NCBI GenBank assembly: GCA_051362555.1
Contig: CM120640.1
Coordinates: 51,376,788-51,440,787, forward strand
Origin: Lingula anatina
Lineage: Eukaryota; Animalia; Brachiopoda
Length of the DNA stretch: 64,000 bases
Direction: 5' to 3'
Each line of letters begins with the position of its first letter. Positions within the stretch are counted from its first letter, which is position 1. The translations under genes were made by a program, and so were the position numbers. Below, one piece after another: positions 52,831 to 64,000 of this stretch. The notes under the pieces are model-generated. The model was not told the origin of the DNA. It did no database searches and was given only the letters and a program-made list of their open reading frames with translations.

Positions 52831-55800
52831 TTAGATTGTGCAAATTTGTTGAATCTCATCATCATCCAGGACTCTGTAGTAAACCGAAACCTGAAATAAG
52901 AATGCAATATCTTTCAAGCTGTACAGTTATTTGGCCTACCGTTACTTTCTTCTTTTAAATGAAGCTACACTTCCCTCCTTTTTCGCAGGTTTTAACGCAG
53001 TTATATTACCAACCTGGTCAAATTTTCCTTTGAAGTTAGAATCAAAGTTGTCCATAGTTTTATCTTCAAAACAATTGTTGCCAAGGATCCAGGCAGACTC
53101 GGTACGTTTCATTTCACCTGCAACGTGTAAATGACGCATTCTATTATTGAGCAGATAATAAAATCATTTGAACTCGAACGGCAGCAAAATTGTAATTTTC
53201 AGACAACATAATTTAAAAGTATTATACCTGCAGATCACATAATGGATCAATATTTTGGTCAATTTTTTACATTTGGTCTGGCTAAGGGAAACATATCGTC
53301 CCCTGTTTGGGCCTGTCGCGGTTGTAAAAAGAGCACGAGGTATTCAGCGGAAACGATCAACATAACATAATTTTACCTCTTGCTTTGACTCTGTCCACGC
53401 GCTGACCGTCCAGATACAGTGACATGCGCTTACTGTTGTATGTCATTACCACACAAACCCAGCGACCCTGAGCTCCGTTAGCCTGACATGAAAATTAATT
53501 CATATAAGTACATTTGACGGAACGCCCTGGACAAGTTTTATAATTTTTATTTTCGACCTTACAGCGACTAGTCTAATTAAAAAAAATACGGACACAGCTA
53601 GATATGGTCTAATCTAAATGGCCTTTTCATTGTGGGGTTAAGCACATGCAAATTATATACCTGTACTTACCACTGATACAGGATCAATTTGGTATGTTCC
53701 ATTAATTGTTGTCATGCCGACACCAATAGCGCCATTGGAATAGTAGATGTCAATAGTTGGTGGAATATCACATTTAGCGTTGTTGAGGAGAGCAATCTTT
53801 CTGCCGGCCGTATCGACGTCATTATCAAGCCAGTAGAAGAAATGAATGGTGAACGGTGTCTGAGGGGGACTGTTCTTGAAAGACGGCATTTCAACGTGAC
53901 CTGGGGAAGATTTTATCATGTCAAATACACTCAGGAGACCGATGCAATGGACATGAATACGTATGAATTCTTTGTGTACGCAGACACACACGTCCTTTTT
54001 TACTGTATGAGGAGGAGAGAGAAAACCGTTCACCTACCTTCTCCATCCAGACACACGGCAGATTCTCCCACTGCAGATACACGTGTCACACCATCAGAGA
54101 GGTAGTCTGAGCACAGTGTTACATTTCCTATCTCACTGGCCTCAGAATACGCAATTTTACCAATTGAGGCATAATCTTCTTCGTATGGGAAGATGATACC
54201 AATGCTTTCTGAAATCAAGATAGAGCGAAGTAGGCCTATAGATGAACTGACAAACCACATAAATATAATGTCGTTTAGGATGTTAATCCGAGTTCAAGAC
54301 AATTGTAAGGTTTAAATTTACACACGACGCCGTGTATGCATTTAAACACTGTATGGTTAAAGAGAGGTAACTCATACCTGGCGCTTCACATCTGCAGGCA
54401 CTGATACTAAAGTTGTATGGGAAGCAGGAAATTGGTCCTACATCGTTATCTGGCCCATAGCGAATATAATATATTGCTGCATCCTCTATCACATTCACCA
54501 TCGTATTGCCAACAGCATCTACGCATTCCTCTGGAATAATTATATAAATTGGCGCTAGAAACACACAACACTTCTATTTATCTACTTTTTAAAAAAATTT
54601 ATTTAGCTTATGATGCAAACAAGCCCTGCTTTTCCATTTTCTCTTTTCAGTGATCGTGAAACAGATATTGTGAATTATAGGGAAATTTTCGTTATTTTTT
54701 CTAGTTGTCGCGTGTATTTACTTTTACTGTATTTGGGAAACTTACGGTCCAAGGTATAAGAAGGCTCAGGGAAAGGTGGCGTGGTAGTTTTTTGTTCAGC
54801 TGAAATCAGAATTAGGCTTTTTGATATGAGTGCATTTTAAACATAAATCCAATTCGAAGCCAAAGTGTTCTGCAAAATTTCTGAAGCTTTTTAAATGTAC
54901 TGAAAGACAATAAAATCGTACTTAAATGATTAACTTAAGCTGTGATTTGAGCTGTACTGAATTGTTTCGTACTTACTATTGCCCAAAGCTTAAATACTAA
55001 AATACTTATGTAATTAATTTGTGTGGTCACAAGTACGTTGTGCTTATTTCAAAGCATCTTCAGGTACTTACGGAATGGACAGTGCGGGGTGCCCATAGGT
55101 GGCTTCGGTGCAGTATCTTTGCAGATTGCTCTTGGATCGTCACAACGGGCGCATGTTTGCATGTCTTGATCCCACACTGTTCCGATTGAGCAGTTGCGTT
55201 CAATAACATCATACATCCAGCCGTCTGGGCCTCTCTCGGGACGTCTGATACACACCCAATAGGACGTACAGCTGTACGGATTCAGTACATATCCAAGGGC
55301 TCCATTTTCGGTTAGAGGACCACCATTGACAACACACTTGCCGCAATGCTCTGAAAAAATATTACAAAAAGAGACATCAGTGTATTTTTAATTTTTTAAG
55401 CTGGCTGGCAAAAAGACAGACAGACAGAGAGGCAGACGAAAACCTACACGCCAACATCTTACTACATAAAAAAGAGTTACGTCAAGTAAATATTGCATAA
55501 TGTACAAATCCAAAGCACTTGCATTATTATGTTTTGCTCATGTCTTTAGATAAAGATTGTGTGTTTTATGTGCATCAGATACAACTGCAGTAGAAATACG
55601 ATTAAGAGTGCCCGACCCAAGCTGCAAGAAAATGCCAGGGCCATTTGCTGCGGGTACAGTTAAATAAAATCAGATTCATTTCACTTTGAAAGGTAAAACA
55701 ACCAAACTAAAATCCCTGACCAGCCGCACGTTTTAAAATCCTGGCCCACCTATTTGTGGAGGTTTCCTGTATGAGAATAAGCTGTGCATTCTATCCAGAT

Positions 55801-58093
55801 TTCACATGCAAATAAACGCGTTATATAAATGTGAAATTTAAACCTTAAAAGTAAAAGTTCCCATGTCCCATATACACAGCCTGTGTAACAACAGTTTTAA
55901 TCAAGCAAAGAAAGTTTCATTTAAGATGCCCCGTGTCTCAAATATTGCCTTAAATGCATGAAAATCTTGTAGAATCTTGTGGAACCTGAAATTTCTCACC
56001 ATTAATACTATTCACCAAGATGAGAATAACGTTATCCAAACAACGTCATATAGCACAAAACGTCAATGAGAACAACGTAAGACCTAGCAAAAATTATTTT
56101 CTTCGATTACGCTGATAGTAAAAGAATTACACCAGAAAGAATAAACAATGTGCTTGAGCTAATAATTTTAATGTGAACGTAACATTATAATTAGTAGTTG
56201 ACGGCATTATAATTAGTAGTAGTCGCTCAAAATTATTTTGGCTAAGACGACTTTAACCACATGTAACAGGGGCGGATTTAGGCCGTCTTCTGGGTCTTCA
56301 AGAAGACGGTCAGATTTTCAAGTTTACATTGACTGATATCTATTTTTTCTGTCGGAAGACGGTCAAATATGTAGGATGGATCAGCAAAGATAATTTGGAA
56401 GGCTGTCAGAAAATATCTCTGGATCCGCCCCTGTGTAACATTGACGCTAGGTGTTATGATAAGGCCTAGACCATAACAGAGACCAAGAATTGAATTGGAC
56501 AAAAGGTCCGCCATAAGTCACACATCTGCATTTCAATGGGGCTAAAAACACTTACCGTCGATATCCACAGTAACAGGAGGCACGTAAGGAGTGGTGGTCG
56601 TTGGAGTAGTTGTGGTTGTTGGAGCCCTGGTTGTAGTGGTCCTTCGGGTAGTGGTGGTAGGTTCGCGAGTGGTGGTAGTAGGTCTTGGAGTTGTTGTTGT
56701 AGTGGTGGTGTTTGGCAATAATGTCACAACTGTGAAATGAAATTAGTTGAAATAAGTCAGTATCACACAATAATCATTGCAAAGTATTTTGGAATGGAAG
56801 GGGTTAACAGAATTAATCTACCAGTACAGACATATATAATACATGAACATAATAATCACACTTTTGGCACCTGTCTATCTATCTATCTATCTATCTATAT
56901 AGGCCTACATATAATAAGTTAACTTGCTTACCGCTTGTGCAGATGGCATCTGCAATTCTAGATCTGAACTGCAACAGTTGTTCAAAACTGGTGACAATGA
57001 AGACTTTGTCTGAATCTGTGGCCATCAGAGCAAGCTCATCCTCATTTAACTAGGAAAAATATACAAAAACATGAAGGGTTATTCAGTATAATTTTTGACA
57101 AGTTTGTAAACGAACTCTAAGAAAAAAAGGCTGGAATGATATACAATATTATACATATCGTTAAGCAGCGTTTTACCTCTTTACCAATTCCAATAGCGTA
57201 TACAATGGCTTGCCTCTTCAGCATTTCGGCAGCTATTTTGGTTCTGTCAGGGAACGTTGACGCGCCATCAGTCAGTATAATAGCGATGTTGACAATGCCT
57301 CTTCTGTCACCAGGTGGGACAAATAGTTGTAATCTCGCACGGCTAAGACCAAGATGCGTAGCTGTAGCCCCAGGTGTAAACGGGACATCATCAACTGCTT
57401 TAAGGAGACCAGCCTGTGTTGGATGTTCATTAAGCTTAAAGCGCAAGTCCGAAGACGATGCAAATGTCACCATTCCCACTCTGACGTTGTCCGGACCAAT
57501 ATCAAAACCACGGACCATACGTGAAACGAAATCCATTTCGGTTTTGAAATCAGCTTCTCCAAGACTGTCGGACGAATCAACCAGAAATGCAAGATCGGCC
57601 TCACCACGACATACTAAAATATGAAGATAAAAACAATGTCATACATATATTTGTCATGCAGCATACCAAACACATATTTGTTATGTATAATATACTTTTT
57701 ATGAACAAATAGTAAAGGAAGCTCTGCAGCATTTTATGGCCAAGTATCGTTAATACTTGATAAGAAATTGTAGTCTCTAGTCAGATAACTCTTTCATTGA
57801 GTATATTTGAGTTTACAACTTTCTAGATGGCCAAAGTCTTATGAAATTATAGATGAAGTAAGGACAATTCGGTCTTATTTTTGCGACAAATTATCACAAA
57901 TGTTCTCTTTTATATAATTTACATTACATTTTAGGGATTTGATCATCTAAACTGTAGTTTTTTCACCATTTGTAAAAAATATTAGAAAAATTAAAGCGGT
58001 AAAATTTTACCTACCTGTGATAACTTCTTGAGCTCTAGCAGACTGACAAATAAGGGCCACGCCCAAGACGGACAACAGCAGTCTTATCTGCAT
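52831..58093 (-). CDS. Pif-like protein D (signal peptide, VWA with intact MIDAS, Thr-rich linker, CBM14, reduced Cys module, LamG), ~654 aa
   Basis: Exons 58093-58015 (MQIRLLLSVLGVALICQSARAQEVIT), 57613-57177 (FLVDSSDS...GATAT...LTDG), 57049-56932, 56729-56556, 55350-55072, 54799-54746, 54530-54378, 54208-54038, 53900-53671, 53482-53377, 53117-53014 and 52890-52831. Confidence 0.9.
56267..56433. mobile_element. Short hAT-like MITE in a gene D intron
   Basis: Perfect 11-bp TIRs CAGGGGCGGAT / ATCCGCCCCTG, flanked on both sides by TGTAA. Confidence 0.7.
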
Positions 58094-58722
58094 AGTGAGA
58101 TCAGTTACTGGAACATTAAATATAGATTAACGAACAAATTGGAACTATTTTTATGTGATGTTTAATAAATAAAAACAAAAAGCCATAATTTATTTTTCAT
58201 ATTTTTGGTACCCACGAGTTCAACCTTTCGATTTCGAATTGTATTATTTGTTTTGAGTGCCGTTAAAACGTTTAGAAAATTTTGAATTTTAAAGTTTTCA
58301 ATTCCAGATGTTAGGTGGGTTTTTAAGTGTAACTGACACAACTGAAATAAAAAATAATTGAAAAATGAAATTTAGAAGTTTGACAGATATCTTTTCAATG
58401 AACATCACTAATGAAATTCTTTGGATATTTTTTACTCTGAGATTAACATAAAAAACTTCTTATTTAAAATAATGGTGGTTAAAGACTATTGGAATTGTTC
58501 GTCAGCACATTTTCGTTTATTATTAAGTTTTCATAAAATAATATATTGCAAGTATGATATTTCAGTCAAGTCAATAGGTATCGTGCGCACTAAAGCTTTT
58601 GGAGCACACAGTGAAGAGATGACAAGTTGACGCGTTTACCGAGCAGATAGGTAAAATGTTATCTGGTAAGCAATTAAATACATGTATTTTTATGACATCC
58701 TTATTTCATCGTTTCATACTTA

Positions 58723-59037
58723 ACATGAAAAATGTTGAAATACTAAATATAAATCAATAAAAAACATTTCATTAAAATTATATCACTACATACAATGACT
58801 AGAGAAAAGAAAGAATTTTACATTTAAGTAAAAAAAAAGGTGTGGTAAGGACCGACTTACCAGTTGAAATGATGAATAGATTTACATAAAATTGTTGAAA
58901 TGCTAATTATATATGAATAACAAAACATTTCATTAAAATTATTTCACTATATAACTTACCATGAGAAAAGAAAGAAATTTTGCATTTAAGGAAAAAATCA
59001 TTGTGATAAAGACCAACTTACCAGTCGAAATGATGAA
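58723..59037. repeat. ~160-bp imperfect tandem duplication spanning the putative first-exon donor of D
   Basis: 58723-58876 resembles 58884-59037. Both copies end ACTTACCAGT(T/C)GAAATGATGAA. Confidence 0.75.
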
Positions 59038-61913
59038 GGCAGACGGTCAGTGTGGGTCTGATTACACAGCGGGTGTGCCGTCACCTCACACGCGCAATCA
59101 GCTTTTAAGCCGACGTGTTGCAATCACATGACAGTTTTCTTGAAATAATTATGCTAGACTCTAGACATTTATGCAAGTAGAGTCATCGACCCAAGACCAG
59201 ACAGTCTTGGTAATGTTACTAATGCCGTATGTTTAAGGTTTGCAAGCATCTCTGATAGGCTTTTAAATTCCCATTTCTTCACCTGATGTACATGAGAACG
59301 AAGATATCATACCACTTTAATGGTTGCATTTATACAAATGCTTACTTATGGCTACAATTCTGACTGGAACCACGGTATACACAAGCCCTTTTTTAGTTGC
59401 TTTAATCGATATTTATGAAATTTAAAAGAAAACAGCGCCACTAAGGGCCTCAATCATTCACTTTGACCATAACACTAACACCCTTGCAAGTTTATTTACA
59501 AGTGGTAACGGGCATTGCGATCACGGTTGTAAAATTAGTCTTTCATCAATGAAAGGCTAGATCTTAATAAACTGGCGAGTTAAAATCTCCTCTGTAGCAA
59601 ATGAGTAGAACACGCGTAAGATGTATGCAAAATAGCAAAGGTAATATCTTTTCTCTGTTGAAGTGATTAACTCATTTGACGAAACTGGTATCTCATTTCC
59701 CAATTAATCTGGCCTGGCTTTGAAATTTCAAAACAATAAGATCAAAATAAAAAAAAATCAAAACGCGAGTAGAGATGTAAACTGAGGTGAACTGTAAATG
59801 TACTTTGTGTCCAAACCGAAGTAGCGACATAGTGCTGTCATCTTCACAGGACACTATTTGCGCATCGATACCAGAAAAATGTTGCACAGCCATAAAGGAA
59901 GTTTTAATGTGGTGCTGGATCACCGTCAGGTTGAGGCGGGGACAAGCGTGGCAAATTTAGTTACTTAAATTGACATTCCACAAGTGACAGAAATGACTAG
60001 AATACGTATTTTCGTCAAACAAGTTTTAATAACCGTAAAACATTTATTCGTTTCCATTCGTGCTACAGCATAAGGCAGTTGAATAATTTATTGCAATTAT
60101 TTGATAGTTATATCTATTAAATAGTTATTGAAATTATTTACTAAGTATATTCATATACGGATAACCTATCATCTAGCATATTTTTTTATTTCAAATTGTT
60201 AATGCACAATCAAGAAAGTTGAATACCACAGTAGTGTCCATATCCATCTTTGACTCAAACTCTCTTTATTGAGAGGAAGAATTGTAGGAAGAATTTTTAA
60301 TTTGCATATACCAGGTCGTATGATGGCACCATTTGCCTCTCCCACACCCACACATACATGTACGTACATGCACTCAAGACACAACTATTTAATTTATCAC
60401 TAATGTTTGCATAACTATTACTGATACATCGTTGTTCCTTCCATTATGTCTTTTATTGTATAGTTTTGTGCAAGGGTTATTAACTTTTGTTATTAACACC
60501 AATCGTCTTTAACTAAACTTTCCTTCCATAGATGCAAGGTACCTTAAATTTTTTTTCTTTTTTTATAACAAACGAGACACTTGGATGTTGGTTTCTTCTT
60601 TCCAAGTCACGGTAGGTAGAATGAAATATTGACTCTGACCATTTGCAGTGGTTTTGAACAAAAATTGAAATTAGCGAATCTTCATGGGATATTGAGAAAA
60701 TGTTTGGTACTAACAGGCTATGGAAATCCAAACATATTATAGCACATAACCTCCAGTTTGGGACGACATTAACCTCCCTTGACATTAACAGTTTGCGTGA
60801 AAATGCAATTTAAAGAAGGGCATCAATTTAGAGAAATAAAATTTCGACTTGAGAAACGAACGGTGTTTTATGGAGAGTCCGAAATTGGTTTATAATATCT
60901 GCCCACAGGGCATGGGCATCAGACATTCCATTAAATTTAATTAAAGCTATTTAAAGCGCGGTCACCATAACTCGTCCTCACTTTTAGCCTATCATTTTAT
61001 CGTGTGTCACGAGCGGTGCCGCTTTGAGTACAAAATGTTCTATTTTAGAAGACGTTATAAGATTTGTAAGCCGATCACCATTCCTTGATTCCCCCCAAAC
61101 TTTAAGACATTAAAGTTTCTTGTCCTTTTCTTTTTTATATCCGTTTGCTTGCCTAGTTTCGTGTTCACAAACTGTGTAAATGGCCACATTATTTTTGTTT
61201 ATATTTCTTTCATCTTGGATTTGTATGTATCAATTTTACAAGTCACGAGATCACAAAAATTGTATTAATTAGATTTCTACCTTATAACAGCGTTATTTCT
61301 CACTTTTATGTTGGGTTGTGTGTCGAATCTCTTTCTTTATTCTTAATCTTGTTATCATTCTTATAGATTACAATCTTCATCCCTGATGTTCAGCGAATAG
61401 GATTTCTTTATCAGAAATAATTGCAAAGTGAAGCAATGAAGTTAAGTGAATTTGAGGTGCAGAAAGAATGACAATTTTCATATATCTTTATTTCAATAGC
61501 ATCATTAAATTAAGCGAATCTTCAAATATGTTAAATCTATGCATCTCATGAAGCAATTGTAGACCTTATGGAACAAGCCTCCTGCGGACTGGCTAATTAC
61601 TGTCATTTCCTCAATCTGTCGTTGTCTAGTGGTCATTTGAAAGCGACGGTTTTTCCTGGCCAAAACGCCTTAAGCAATGCTTTAGATAGTCATATCGACT
61701 TTAATTGTCCATTTAGTAATTAAACAAATTGGAATAGTTTCTGCCAAATGTCAACAATATATATAAAGATAAATGCTCGATGTCCATCAGATAACATGAT
61801 GGTTAAGGACTGTCCAAAATGCTCATAATTATAAAAAGAGAACGAACTTGCCTGTATCATGGTGTAATGAAACAGACTTAAGTCATCTGTGCCGTGATGC
61901 CTGAATCTGCCGC

Positions 61914-64000
61914 TTAGATTGTACAGATTCGTTGGATCTCGTCTTCTCCCAGGATCCTGTTGTACACGGAAACCTGGAGTGGATAATTTGCCATGTCATT
62001 TGTGTTTTAAATACACCAAACAAAGCAACAGACAAACTTTTAAAAAAGGAAGTAAAATTTAATATGATATCATACACAATGCTAAAGCGAAAGCATGCTG
62101 AAGGTGAAACAAATCGAGTACGAACCTGATCAAATCGGCCTTTAAAGTTAGAATCAAAGGTGTCAATAGTCTCATCTTCAAAACAGTTGTTACCAAGGAC
62201 CCACGCTGATTCTGTTCGCTTCATTTCACCTGTGTCAGACAAGGATATCTCAATTTTTATCTAGATTTGACATGTCACGTAGTAGAAACAAAATCAAATG
62301 TCAACCTTAAAATTGGGTCACATTAGAACAGCTGCAGTCTTTGTAGCACTGAACTTAAATAGTCTTCGCTATTCTACCCTCTGGCTTAACTATTATTTTA
62401 CTACGGGTAATGTCATGAGTTATACTTTGTTTGAATAAAATCAGCAGTTTAAATGGTGTCAGTAAAAATCATTCATTTAAATCACCTTTTGCCTTAACTC
62501 TCTCTACTTCTTGGCCGTCCAGATACAAGATCATGCGATGTTTGTTGTATGTCATTACCACACAAACCCAACGACCCTGAGCGCCTTTGTTCTGAAATGG
62601 AATTTAATTTACGTAAGAACAGATTAATGAAACAATTCTTTGAGACAGAATTAAACACAATTCACGACATTTCCTGTGTAGAAGCTTGATAGAAAAGATA
62701 TACTGTGTCATTTAAAACCCTGATCACACATGTTCATCTTTCTGCGTGTATCTAACTACCGTACTTACCACTCCTACAGGATCAATTTGGTATGTTCCAT
62801 TGACTGTTATCATGCTGACACCAATAGCGCCATTAGAATAATAGATGTCAATAGATGGTGGAATATCACATTTGCCGTTGTTGAGGAGAGCAATCTTTCT
62901 GCCGGCCGTATCGACGTCATTATCAAGCCAGTAGAAGAAATGGATGGTGAATGGTGTCTGAGGGGGACTGTTCTTGAAAGACGGCATTTCAACGTGACCT
63001 GGAATTAGTTATTATATTTGAATGGGGATTGCCCATTAACGCCTTCAATGGTGTTTGTTATACTTGTACATAAACACAATGTCATACAAATTTACGTCAT
63101 ATCGTACACAACTGCAACAAAAGAGGGAGTGAAGTGTTTCAATCCACACACCCACCTCGTCCGTCCAGACACACGGCAGATTCTCCCACTGCAGATACCC
63201 GGGTCACGCCATCAGGGAGGTAGTCCGAGCACAGCGTCACGTTTCCCGACTCACTGGGTTCAGAATATGCAATTCTGCCAATTGAGGCAAAATCTACTTC
63301 GTATGGAAAGATAATACCCAAGTTTTCTGAAGAAATAAAAGTAAAAATTTACTATAGAAAATTGGTTGGACGCATTATATGAATATTTTGAAAACGTGTT
63401 ATTGGGACAAGGCCAATGATTGTTTTATTGGATTTTCACAAATATTTCAGAGTGCATGATGTTTGCAGTCTAATTCACATATTTAATAAACGTTCTTCTA
63501 AAGTAAAAGAAAAAAGACATTTAAAAAAAAATATTCGTCAATATTTATTTGAATTTTTTCAATCATTTAGGAAGTTTAATTTTTTTTTCTTTTGCAATTA
63601 AATGCACATACGTTATAAATCATACCTGGCGCTTCACATCTGCAGGCACTGATACTAAAGTTGTATGGGAAGCAGGAAATTGGTCCTACCACGTTATCTG
63701 GCCCATAGCGAATATAATATATTGCCACATCCTCTATCACATTCACCATTGTATTGCCAACACCGTCTGTGCATTCCTCTGGAAGGTACAGGTTAAAAGG
63801 TATTAACAATGCATACTATTTTGACGTAGTAATAAAGAGCCTTTTCAAAAAAAAAAAAAATTAAAAAACATGTAACTAATATTGTAAAATTTGCAAGAAA
63901 CGTCACAATAACCACTTGAACTCATTTGGTAATGATATATATATATATATACACTAGGATACACACTAATATACTTACGGTCTAATGTATAGTCGGGGAC
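61914..64000 (-). CDS. Pif-like protein E, 3' part (linker, reduced Cys module, LamG); continues beyond the window
   Basis: Exons >64000-63979, 63778-63626, 63326-63156, 62998-62769, 62591-62486, 62229-62126 and 61973-61914 (VSVYNRILGEDEIQRICTI*). Sizes match C and D. Confidence 0.88.

Noticed and set aside
53281-53360. Possible SINE tail fragment in a D intron
   Set aside because: Only a vague resemblance, with no A/B boxes or second copy in the window.

Overview
AT-rich, intron-rich animal genomic DNA, most likely a mollusc or other lophotrochozoan (inferred from gene content). Left end: a decayed hAT transposase fragment, a PDZ-domain exon, and a complete 6-coding-exon MS4A/CD20-like tetraspan gene (9521-13231, minus strand). 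From 16.5 kb to beyond the right edge there is a head-to-tail, minus-strand array of at least seven Pif/BMSP/LamG3-like secreted matrix genes. Their architecture is signal peptide - [VWA - Thr/Pro linker] - CBM14-type chitin-binding module - reduced Cys module - Laminin-G/ConA-like domain. I reconstructed the exons by hand from GT/AG sites and reading frame. A1 and A2 lack VWA and carry an RGD. B1 is a pseudogene. B2 has a VWA with a degenerate MIDAS. C and D have canonical VWA domains and Thr-rich linkers. E is partial. A ~13 kb tandem duplication (16082-29412 / 29410-41873) with a 3-bp microhomology junction copied A whole but left out the putative promoter and first exon of B, which would explain why B1 decayed. 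C, D and E show exon-by-exon mosaic similarity suggesting gene conversion. Gene labels A-E are mine and no database searches were run.
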